Below are positions 27,440 to 35,086 of a DNA stretch of 35,293 bases, piece by piece. The stretch's first letter is position 1, and each line of letters opens with the position of its first letter. The stretch comes from Vulcanimicrobiaceae bacterium (lineage in GTDB: Bacteria > Vulcanimicrobiota > Vulcanimicrobiia > Vulcanimicrobiales > Vulcanimicrobiaceae), in contig DATAPM010000188.1 of NCBI GenBank assembly GCA_036265225.1, forward strand, positions 1-35,293, read 5' to 3'. A model generated the notes under the pieces. It saw only the letters and a list, made by a program, of their open reading frames with translations, searched no databases and was not told the DNA's origin. A program made the translations under genes and the position numbers.

Positions 27440-28029
27440 GATTCGCGCGCTCGCTTCACTTCTTCTTGCAACGCTTCCAGCGTACGGCCGGAAGGGGGCG
27501 TACCGGCAACGACGTTGGTCTTGCTGGCGAAGGCCGGTCGCGGCGAACGCTCGCGCGCCGGACCGCGCGTCGGATAATCCTTGCGTAAGGGGTGGCCTTC
27601 CCAATCGAGCGGCATCTGGATGCGGCGCAGATCGGCGTGCCCGTCGAAGACGATGCCGAAAAGATCGTAGATTTCTCGTTCCGCCCAATCCGCCGACTTC
27701 CAGATATCCATGGCGGTTGGGAGACGCTGGCCTTCGTCAATCCCGCAAAGGAGTCGCAAGCGCGCCGGCGTTCCAACCTCGGAGAGGGTCGCCGGCTTGG
27801 GCGGCAATTTCAAAAGATGATAGACGACGTCGAAGCGCGGCCGGCGCTCCAAGTAATCGACGGCACCGAGATCGAGGAGCATCGCATAGCCCTCGGCTTT
27901 GAGGGCCTCCAGGCGCGCTCGAAGCTGAGCCGGAGCAATGCGTTCGATCGTCGCATCGTCGATCGGCGGCCGGACGCTGGTCGGGTCGAGGGCCGCCCCT
28001 GAGAGCGGCGGGTTTTGGGTGCTGGGCAC
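27436..28029 (-). CDS. nuoC: NADH-quinone oxidoreductase subunit C
   Basis: 197 aa. [25 protein letters not shown]-type motif is present as [25 protein letters not shown]. It is separate from nuoD, not fused. Confidence 0.9.
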   Translation of the reverse strand: [197 protein letters not shown]

Positions 28030-28043
28030 GCTACTCGATAGGG

Positions 28044-28499
28044 TTAGGCACGGACGAAGATGCCACCGCGGCCACCTTCCCGTATCTGCTGCTGAATCAA
28101 GTTAACCGCGTAGAGCAAACCGTCGGGCGTGGGCGGGCAACCGGGGACGTAAACATCGACGGGGATGACCGTGTCGACGCCTTGGACGATCGCATAGTTG
28201 TCGAACATGCCGCCCGAGCTGGCGCAGGCACCCATCGAGATGACCCATTTCGGATCGGCCATCTGGTCGTAGAGCCGCTTGATGACGGGCGCCATTTTCT
28301 GCGCGACGCGCCCCGAAACGATCATGAGGTCGGCCTGCCGCGGCGAGCTCCGGAAGACCTCGGAACCCAGGCGGGCTATATCGTACTCGGCCGAGGTTAC
28401 GCTCATCATTTCGATCGCGCAACAAGCCAAGCCCATGGTCAACGGCCAGACCGACGAACTCTGCGCCCAGCGCGCAACGTCGTCCACTCGCGCCAGCAT
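28044..28499 (-). CDS. nuoB: NADH-quinone oxidoreductase subunit B
   Basis: [23 protein letters not shown] and VYVPGCPP are the N2 cluster motifs. Start taken as the ATG at 28499 ([11 protein letters not shown]). The GTG at 28523 is an alternative. The ORF track's start at 28742 would run through nuoA. Confidence 0.85.
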   Translation of the reverse strand: MLARVDDVARWAQSSSVWPLTMGLACCAIEMMSVTSAEYDIARLGSEVFRSSPRQADLMIVSGRVAQKMAPVIKRLYDQMADPKWVISMGACASSGGMFDNYAIVQGVDTVIPVDVYVPGCPPTPDGLLYAVNLIQQQIREGGRGGIFVRA

Positions 28500-28513
28500 G
28501 AAGCCGCCCGGGC

Positions 28514-28876
28514 CTACCGCCACACGAAACCGCCCTTCCGCCAGACGTAGGCATACCCGATCGCCAAGACGACGATGAAAATGACCATCTCCAGAAGCCC
28601 AAAGACGCGCAACGCGTGCATTTGCACCGCCCACGGATAAAACGAGGCCGTCTCGACGTCGAAGATCACGAAGAGCATCGCAATTAGATAGAAGCGCACG
28701 GGGAAGCGCCCGGCAACTGGCGAGGTCGGTTCGACGCCGCACTCGTATGCCTCGCGCTTATGTTTGTTGGGCTTCGCGAGGCCCATCAATCCGGAGAGAC
28801 CGGGGAGGGCGGTAAAGAACAGCGCCGCGAGAAACGCGACGCCGAGAAAGATCGCGACCGGTCCGTACGGGTTCAT
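28514..28876 (-). CDS. nuoA: NADH-quinone oxidoreductase subunit A
   Basis: 120 aa, three TMs, with YECGVEP and FVIFDVE motifs. First gene of the cluster. Confidence 0.9.
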   Translation of the reverse strand: MNPYGPVAIFLGVAFLAALFFTALPGLSGLMGLAKPNKHKREAYECGVEPTSPVAGRFPVRFYLIAMLFVIFDVETASFYPWAVQMHALRVFGLLEMVIFIVVLAIGYAYVWRKGGFVWR

Positions 28877-28993
28877 GGCACCCCATCGTTTTTACTTAAT
28901 CGGCGTCTTACCTGTTCTACAACGCCATTGGCCCGTTTTCGCACCACCCTTGGACCGGGGGGACGCCACGTTGTCGGAGCCGTACATTCGATC

Positions 28994-29482
28994 ATGCGGT
29001 TTGCCGTTTTGGGGATGATCCTGCTCTTTGCGCTGGGCGACGGGTGCTCCCCGCCGCCAAATGTCGTAGGCGTCCAGGACTTCGGTTACGTGACCGGGCG
29101 CGTGCTCGACGCGATGACCAACCGCCCGATCACCAACGCGCTCGTTTCAGTCGGATCGCTGTATACGATTCGCGCCGACGTCAACGGCGCGTTCAATCTC
29201 CGCGCCATCGCGGGCGATCAGACGGTGACCGCACGTGCTGCAGGCTACACCACGGCAACGGCGGACACGACGATTCTCAAAGACGGCACCGTTTCGATCG
29301 GCTACATTCGCCTCGTCCAACTGACTCGTTCCATCGGCCAGCCGACCCTCGCGCCGCCGCCGACGTCAACTCCCGCACCGAGTGCAAGCGCGAGCGCAAC
29401 GCCGGGCGCCAGCGCAATGCCGAGCGCGAGCCCGACGCCGGTACCCGGCGGAACGCCGCCGCCCCCGCGACCTCCGGCCTAG
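28994..29482 (+). CDS. Small lipoprotein with a carboxypeptidase-regulatory-like (CarboxypepD_reg) beta-sandwich and a Pro/Ser/Thr/Ala-rich tail
   Basis: Start refined to the ATG at 28994 (MRFAVLGMILLFALGDGCS, signal peptide with Cys). GYVTGRVLDAMTNRPITNALVSV...NGAFNLRAIAGDQTVTARAAGYTT resembles CarboxypepD_reg domains. The tail reads PPPTSTPAPSASASATPGASAMPSASPTPVPGGTPPPPRPPA. Confidence 0.6.
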   Translation: MRFAVLGMILLFALGDGCSPPPNVVGVQDFGYVTGRVLDAMTNRPITNALVSVGSLYTIRADVNGAFNLRAIAGDQTVTARAAGYTTATADTTILKDGTVSIGYIRLVQLTRSIGQPTLAPPPTSTPAPSASASATPGASAMPSASPTPVPGGTPPPPRPPA

Positions 29483-31068
29483 CCTAACCGCAGGCTCGCG
29501 AGATCGAGGTCGTACTCGATCGAGCGATAGATATCGTCGGGAATCTCACCCTCGCGACGCATCGCCGCGATCGCGCGACGCTCCGCGGCAAGCGCTTCGC
29601 GCTGCACCTCTCGATCGATGCGGCTCTCACGCTCTTCGTTCCCTTCGTCCTTGTCGTCTTGTCCGCGCAGTACTCGAATGCGCTCCTCGTACTCCTGGAT
29701 GGCGCGGTCGAAGGCCTCACGGTCTTGCGAACTCTTGCGCCGCTCCTCACTCTCGCGCAGCCTTGCTAGGCCCGCTTCGAGAGCGCGGATACGCACCGCC
29801 GATTCGCGCCGCCGCCCTTTGCTCGTTTCGGCCACACCGAGCCATTCGATCAGCGGACCCAGCGTGAGTCCTTGAAGCACCAGCGTAACGAAAACGACGA
29901 AGACGGTGAAAAACAAGATGGCGCCGCGTGCCGGGAACGGCTGATCGCCGAGAGTATACGGCAACGCCAGGGCGATGGCGAGCGAGAGGATACCGCGCAT
30001 CCCCGACCACGAGAGTACCGCCACGTTCTGCCAGCGCGGATAGGGATCGTGTTCGCGCAGCCGCCGGCTCAGCAAACGCGGCAGGTACGTTGCCGGAAAG
30101 ACGCACAGAATGCGAACGATGATGACCACCGCGCTGATCAGCAATCCGTAAAGCGTGTAGAGGCGAATGTTAGGCTGCAGCGCTTCCAGGATCGCCGGCA
30201 GCTGCAGGCCGATCAGCAGAAACGCGAGCGCGTTGAGCACAAAAGTGAGCAGTCGCCATACCGACGAGGCGAGCAGACGGGTCTCGGGGTCTATGAAGGC
30301 CGTCGAGCGCCGGCTGAGCATAATCCCGGCCGCTACCGCTGCGAGGACGCCGGAAAGATGCAGCGCCTCGGCGGGAAGATATGCCGCAAACGGCGCGAGT
30401 AAGAAGACGACGCTGGCGATCATCGCGTCGCCGTAACCGCGCAGCGCGAAGTATCGCAAGAGCGCCTCGAGAAGCAGCGCGGTCGCGAGACCGACGAGCG
30501 TTCCTCCCACGGCAACGATTACGAACGCGGCGCCGGCGCGCGCGAAAGAGAACGCGCCCGAGATCGCCGCCGCGAGCGCAAATCGGTAAAGCACGAGCGC
30601 CGTTGCATCGTTCACCAAGCACTCGCCGCCGATCACCGCGGCGACGCGGCGCGGAATGGCGATGCGCTCGAAGATTGCCTCTGAGGCGACGGCGTCGGGA
30701 GGCGCGACGATCGCTCCCAGCAGAAACGCGAGCGGCCAGGTAAACTCGGGAAGCGTCGCGTGGGCGACCGCGGCGACGGCAGCCATCGTTGCGATCACCA
30801 GACCGACGGCGAGGATGGAGATGAGTCTGGAGTTGCGCTTGAGTTCGAACCAGTCCGTCGACCACGCCGCACTGTAGAGCAGCGGCGGAATCACGACCAG
30901 CACGATGAGTTCGGGATCGGGATGCGGCCGCGGCAGATGCCGGGCAAACGAAAGAACGATCCCGCCGACGACGAACGCGATCGGGTACGGAACCCGCAAC
31001 CGCTTCGCCAGCACCGCGAGAACGACGATTAGAGCAAGGAAGGTTACGAGAACGAGGGCTTCGGTCAT
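29479..31068 (-). CDS. CPA1-family Na+/H+ antiporter (bacterial NhaP-like form with a charged C-terminal tail)
   Basis: Start refined to the ATG at 31068 (MTEALVLVTFLALIVVLAVLAKRL). Polytopic membrane domain with GAIVAPPDAVA (compare the PTD/PPD motif of Na_H_Exchanger proteins). A ~100-aa Glu/Arg-rich helical tail follows. The 101 upstream codons are non-membrane and overlap the divergent gene. Confidence 0.82.
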   Translation of the reverse strand: MTEALVLVTFLALIVVLAVLAKRLRVPYPIAFVVGGIVLSFARHLPRPHPDPELIVLVVIPPLLYSAAWSTDWFELKRNSRLISILAVGLVIATMAAVAAVAHATLPEFTWPLAFLLGAIVAPPDAVASEAIFERIAIPRRVAAVIGGECLVNDATALVLYRFALAAAISGAFSFARAGAAFVIVAVGGTLVGLATALLLEALLRYFALRGYGDAMIASVVFLLAPFAAYLPAEALHLSGVLAAVAAGIMLSRRSTAFIDPETRLLASSVWRLLTFVLNALAFLLIGLQLPAILEALQPNIRLYTLYGLLISAVVIIVRILCVFPATYLPRLLSRRLREHDPYPRWQNVAVLSWSGMRGILSLAIALALPYTLGDQPFPARGAILFFTVFVVFVTLVLQGLTLGPLIEWLGVAETSKGRRRESAVRIRALEAGLARLRESEERRKSSQDREAFDRAIQEYEERIRVLRGQDDKDEGNEERESRIDREVQREALAAERRAIAAMRREGEIPDDIYRSIEYDLDLASLRLG

Positions 31069-31197
31069 TATTCGCCGAGGCGCACCCCGAACGCGCTCTT
31101 CCCCGAACGCACCGGACCCGTGACGTACGCGACCGCCATCGCAGCGTGATTCGAACCGGGCGGCTTGGAGCCTCGTTGCGCCGAACGTGACGAGGCG

Positions 31198-32283
31198 ATG
31201 GCGCTGAACGTATTGAGCATTGTCGCCGGCCTGGTCGTGATCGCGCTCGCGCTCAACGACGTGTTTCAGTCGGTCGTGATGCCCCGCGCCACCGGCAGGC
31301 GCTACCGTCTCAGTTTTTACGCGTGGCGCTGGGCGTGGCACGTTTGGCCACAAGCAGCGTGGCGCCTCCATCCCGAGGACGGCTCGCGCCGCGAAGAGGT
31401 GCTCGCAATCTTCGCCCCGTTCATGCTGGTCGCGCTCATCGCGCTATGGGTCGCGTTGCTCATTTTCGGCTTCGGGTTAATTCTTTGGGGAATGCGCGAC
31501 GGGATCGGGCCCGGTCACGTTTCGCTTGGCTCGACGCTCTACTTCGCCGGGACGTCGGTGCTCACGATCGGCTTCGGCGACATCGTCGCCCGCGCGCCGG
31601 GGCCGCGCTTGATTTCCGTCTTATGCGCGCTCGCCGGGCTCTCGTTTCTCGCAATTACGACGGCCTTTCTCTTCGCCGTTTTCGGATCGTTCCAGCAACG
31701 CGAAACGTTCGTCGTAACGACGGCCGCCCGAGCCGGCGCTCCACCCAGCGGAGTCAACCTGCTCGCCATCGCGGGTTACTCGGAGACGCGCGAGGACCTG
31801 CCCGCGTTAATGATGGACGCGCAGCACTGGGCCGCGAGCGTGATGGAGAGCCATCTGGCCTACCCCGTTCTGGCTTTTTTCCGTTCGAGTCATGACGAAC
31901 AATCGTGGGTCGGCACGCTCGGCACGCTGCTCGACGCGGCTACGTTGATGATGACGACCGTCGAGGGCGTGCGCGACGGCCAGGCGCGAATCTTTTACAA
32001 CGTCGGACGCCACGCGGCACAAGATCTTTCGCGATTCTTCCGGGTCGGTACGTCGGAAGAACGCGTGAACATAGAACGCTCCGAGTTTGACCACGCCTGC
32101 GACCGCCTGGCCGCGGCGGGCTACGCGCTCTCCGATCGCAACGAATCCTGGATTAGATTTGCTAAACTGCGCTCGGGCTACGCCTCGAGGCTCAACGGGC
32201 TGGCGCGCTTCTTTCAGATTCCGCCGCTGCAATGGATCGGCGACCGTTCCATCCTTTCGAGTTCGCCGCACGGCGAGGATTAG
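31198..32283 (+). CDS. K+-channel-like pore protein (Ion_trans_2 type) with an uncharacterised ~190-aa cytoplasmic C-terminal domain
   Basis: Start refined to the ATG at 31198 (MALNVLSIVAGLVV). Pore helix plus selectivity-filter-like sequence LYFAGTSVLTIGFGDIV, flanked by TM helices. The C-terminal half is soluble with no recognisable RCK/TrkA motif. Confidence 0.72.
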   Translation: MALNVLSIVAGLVVIALALNDVFQSVVMPRATGRRYRLSFYAWRWAWHVWPQAAWRLHPEDGSRREEVLAIFAPFMLVALIALWVALLIFGFGLILWGMRDGIGPGHVSLGSTLYFAGTSVLTIGFGDIVARAPGPRLISVLCALAGLSFLAITTAFLFAVFGSFQQRETFVVTTAARAGAPPSGVNLLAIAGYSETREDLPALMMDAQHWAASVMESHLAYPVLAFFRSSHDEQSWVGTLGTLLDAATLMMTTVEGVRDGQARIFYNVGRHAAQDLSRFFRVGTSEERVNIERSEFDHACDRLAAAGYALSDRNESWIRFAKLRSGYASRLNGLARFFQIPPLQWIGDRSILSSSPHGED

Positions 32284-32292
32284 CCGGGCGTC

Positions 32293-32994
32293 CTAGAACC
32301 CGTGCCGCGCGTCGTTGCGATGGAGATATTTCTTGACGTCGTCAATTGGCAACGCGAAACCGATACTGCGCTCCGAATCGAAACGCGACTCGGCGACGCC
32401 GACGACCTCGCCGGTGTCCGCGATAAAAACCGGCGCGCCGCTTTCGCCCGGCACGATCGACACGGTGACTTCCAGCGCGTCCTTTCGAACCGAAGAGAGA
32501 CGGCCCGATCCCAGCGACGTCGCCAAGCCTAGTCCTTCGTCGTCGAACTCGTCGGGAATCGGATAGCCCAACAAACCCACTTCCCGTCCGACGTCGCTCT
32601 GCAGATGCGACGACGAGCCGAGTGCGATCGGGGTAAGATTTCGCCGCGGCGTTCGTACGATGGCCAGATCGAGGTTGGCGTTGGAGGCGACGACCCGCGC
32701 CGGCGCGTGCCAGCGGTTGGCGATGGTGACACGCAGATCCCACGCACCATCGATGGCGTGCTGCACGGTTACGATGTCGCTGCCCCACGCTCCCGAAGCG
32801 ACGACGAAACCGGTAGCGTACGCTTCATCGTAGTGGTCTTTTTTGCTCTCCGGCGGGATTTTCATCGAAAGCAAGACGACGGAGGAGCGCAGGCGTTGCA
32901 CGGAAGCGACCATAGCATCGTCGCTATGGCGAACGCACGCCGGTAACGCAAGAAAGGCGCAAAGAGCGATCGAGCTTACGGCGCGAGCAATCAT
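32293..32994 (-). CDS. Secreted/lipoprotein trypsin-like serine protease (S1, Trypsin_2-like)
   Basis: Signal peptide ending LALPAC. Candidate catalytic triad: TVQHAIDG (His), NLDLAIVR (Asp), PGESGAPVF (Ser). The ATG overlaps the hflX stop (ATGA at 32991-32994). Confidence 0.8.
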   Translation of the reverse strand: MIARAVSSIALCAFLALPACVRHSDDAMVASVQRLRSSVVLLSMKIPPESKKDHYDEAYATGFVVASGAWGSDIVTVQHAIDGAWDLRVTIANRWHAPARVVASNANLDLAIVRTPRRNLTPIALGSSSHLQSDVGREVGLLGYPIPDEFDDEGLGLATSLGSGRLSSVRKDALEVTVSIVPGESGAPVFIADTGEVVGVAESRFDSERSIGFALPIDDVKKYLHRNDARHGF

Positions 32995-34034
32995 GAAAGC
33001 CGTTCGAAGATTGCGTCGCGTAAGAGTTCTAGGCCTGCTCCGGTTCGCGCGCTCACCTGCATCGCTTCCGTCTCGGGCCCTTCCGCTGCCGGCAGATCCG
33101 TCTTGTTATAAACGACCAGCCGCGGCGCGCGATCCAGCTCCAGGTCGTGCAGGATGCCCTCGACGGCGCGCCGTTGCTCGAGCTGCCGCGGACTGCTTGC
33201 GTCGATGACGTGCAGCAACAGATCGGCGTCGCGCAGCTCTTCCAGCGTCGCGCGGAAGGCGTTGACTAGATCCTTTGGGAGATCGGTGATGAATCCAACC
33301 GTATCGGCCAGCCGCACGTAGAATCCGGGCTTAACGTAGGCGCGCCGAATCAGTGGATCGAGCGTCGCAAACGGCCGGTCCGCGACCAGCGCGCCGGCAC
33401 GCGTGAGCGCGTTGAGCAACGACGACTTTCCGGCGTTCGTGTACCCGACCAGCGCGACCAACGGCTCGCGCCGTTCCGCCGAGCGGCGCAGCGCGCGATG
33501 GCGCCGTACGTCGGCGAGCATGCGATTGAGCACGGCGATGCGCGCGGCTATGCGGCGGCGATCCACCTCGAGCTTCGTTTCACCGGGGCCACGCGTGCCG
33601 ATGCCCCCGCCCAAACGCGAGAGGTCGGCGCCCACGCCGATAAGATTCGACTGGCGGTATCGCAGCTGCGCGAGCTCGACTTGCAGCTTTCCTTCGCGGC
33701 TGCGTGCCTGGCGCGCGAAGACGTCAAGGATCAGCATCGTACGGTCGACGATCGGCAGCGGAACGATCTCTTCGAGATTCTTGCGCTGGCGTGGACGCAA
33801 GTCGTTAAGCGTGATGATGACTTTGGCGTCCAGCTCCGCAGCGCGAAGCGCAATTTCGCGCGCCTTGCCGCTGCCGACCAGCGTGGCCGGATCGACGCTC
33901 GCCCGCCGCTGAACGATCCGCTCGAGCACCTGCGCTCCGGCGGCGTTGGCCAGCGCCTCCAGCTCGCTCAGCTCGGCATCGATCGCGTCGCCGATCTCGT
34001 TTGTTTCCACCGCAACGACGAGAGCGCGCAGCAT
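32991..34034 (-). CDS. hflX: GTPase HflX (short form lacking a C-terminal domain)
   Basis: HflX N-domain with ELEALANAAGAQV. LEVDRRRI linker helix. G1 is GYTNAGKSSLLNAL, G3 is DTVGFI, G4 is NKTD. The start shares one nt with the upstream stop (TAATG). Confidence 0.9.
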   Translation of the reverse strand: MLRALVVAVETNEIGDAIDAELSELEALANAAGAQVLERIVQRRASVDPATLVGSGKAREIALRAAELDAKVIITLNDLRPRQRKNLEEIVPLPIVDRTMLILDVFARQARSREGKLQVELAQLRYRQSNLIGVGADLSRLGGGIGTRGPGETKLEVDRRRIAARIAVLNRMLADVRRHRALRRSAERREPLVALVGYTNAGKSSLLNALTRAGALVADRPFATLDPLIRRAYVKPGFYVRLADTVGFITDLPKDLVNAFRATLEELRDADLLLHVIDASSPRQLEQRRAVEGILHDLELDRAPRLVVYNKTDLPAAEGPETEAMQVSARTGAGLELLRDAIFERLS

Positions 34035-34852
34035 TATGCCGGCCTCGTGGCAAGCGGCGTTAAACGCTCGATGAGCCAGCGCAGGCCGTCGTTATATTGC
34101 GGCCCCGGACGCTCGATGAGATCGGGATTTACGAAGTAAACGTGACGGAGTTTAACCGCGCGCAAGCTGCGCCACGGTTCCCGATCGAGAACCGAATTCA
34201 GCTGCGTCGATGGATCGGCGATAATCGCGTCGGGTTGGTCGCGCAGCAGCGCCTCTGCGCTGTACTGTCCGTAAGCGGCGTGAAGGTCGGCGGCCGCGTT
34301 CGTTCCGCCCGCCAGCGCAATGAGCGAAGAAATGTAGGAACCCGAGCCCGCGGTCCAGATCGGTCCGCTGCCGAGTGCGACGAAGACGCTCGGGCGCCGT
34401 ACGAAATGCCGCGTTCGTGCGTGCAACGACGCGGTCTCATTCTGCAGCCGGGCGATCGTTGCCGCCGCTTCACGCTGGTGGCCCGTCAGGTCGCCGAGCT
34501 TTCGGAGATTGACGAAGATCTGCTCGTACGTGTCGTCGGGCAAAAGCACGACGGGTACGTTCAGCCGGCGCAACGGCTCGGTAACGCGCTCCTGCGCCGG
34601 AATGCCGACTACGACCGTCGGGCGCAACGCGACGATCGCTTCAGCATCCACGCTGGTAGCGTCGGCGACGCGCGGCAGCTTTTTCGCTTGCGGCGCATCG
34701 GTGTATGCGGAGACTGCGACGAGTTGCGAGCCCGCGCCGATCGCGTAACAGTCGTCGGCGAAGGAGGGAACTAAAACGACGACGCGCCCCTGGGGCGGCG
34801 GAGAGGCAGCGAGCAGCAGTGCCGCAAGTACGGCGGCGATCGCGTGACGCAC
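34034..34852 (-). CDS. Periplasmic binding protein, BtuF/Peripla_BP_2 type (cobalamin or Fe-siderophore ABC substrate-binding protein)
   Basis: Layout parallels BtuF: RVVVLVPSFADDCYAIGAGSQLVAVSAYTD, AEAIVALRPTVVVG, GPIWTAGSGSYISSLIALAGGTN, QPDAIIA and DLIERPGPQYNDGLRWL. Start set to the GTG at 34852 (VRHAIAAVLAALLLAAS, signal peptide). The ORF track's start at 34978 would read through the antisense strand of the riboswitch. No good SD was seen, so the start is uncertain. Confidence 0.75.
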   Translation of the reverse strand: MRHAIAAVLAALLLAASPPPQGRVVVLVPSFADDCYAIGAGSQLVAVSAYTDAPQAKKLPRVADATSVDAEAIVALRPTVVVGIPAQERVTEPLRRLNVPVVLLPDDTYEQIFVNLRKLGDLTGHQREAAATIARLQNETASLHARTRHFVRRPSVFVALGSGPIWTAGSGSYISSLIALAGGTNAAADLHAAYGQYSAEALLRDQPDAIIADPSTQLNSVLDREPWRSLRAVKLRHVYFVNPDLIERPGPQYNDGLRWLIERLTPLATRPA

Positions 34853-34892
34853 GTGTTTGCCGTTACGCAGGGGCCCCGGCGGCGACCTCCAA

Positions 34893-35045
34893 TGCTCCCG
34901 GTCACACGTTTGCGCGGGAAGCCGGTGAGACGCCGGCACGGTCGCGCCACTGTATGCGGGGAGCCGCCCGAACGTCACTGTCCTTTACCGGATGGGAAGG
35001 CGCGGGCAACGGCAGCGATCCGCGAGTCAGGATACCGGGCAGACG
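34893..35045 (+). promoter_or_regulatory. Cobalamin (B12) riboswitch, cis-regulatory leader of the downstream TonB-dependent receptor
   Basis: The plus strand carries the conserved core GGGAAGCCGGTGAGACGCCGGCACGGTCGCGCCACTGT (34916-34953, including GCCACTG at 34946-34952). The CACTG...GGGAAGG element lies at 34976-35000. A B12-box-like AGTCAGGATACCGGGC lies at 35025-35040. CCCGGT (34897-34902) can pair with ACCGGG (35034-35039) to close the aptamer. SD AAGGAAAGGA (35071-35080) sits 6 nt (35081-35086) before the ATG at 35087. Confidence 0.8.
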
Positions 35046-35086
35046 TCGCAAGCATCATCCGCCTCGCGCCAAGGAAAGGATTTGCG

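Noticed and set aside
28877-28993. Candidate nuo promoter (TAAGTA-like element in the relatively AT-richer stretch upstream of nuoA)
   Set aside because: A single hexamer resemblance, with no matching -35 and no knowledge of this organism's promoter consensus. This is not enough to call a feature.
29330-29480. Apparent DNA repeats (AGCGCGAGC and related) that might be a tandem repeat or CRISPR-like element
   Set aside because: They are short, imperfect and in-frame, and simply encode the Ser/Ala/Pro/Thr low-complexity tail of the lipoprotein. There is no repeat-spacer periodicity.
31069-31371. 101-codon N-terminal extension of the Na+/H+ antiporter ORF
   Set aside because: It is hydrophilic and non-membrane, and it overlaps the divergent channel gene. 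The Met at 31068 begins directly with the first TM helix, as expected for CPA1 antiporters.
34853-34978. ORF-track start (34978) for the BtuF-like gene, and the 80-aa minus-strand ORF 34975..35217
   Set aside because: Both read through the antisense strand of a well-formed plus-strand cobalamin riboswitch and the receptor's start region. The signal peptide of the binding protein begins at the GTG at 34852.
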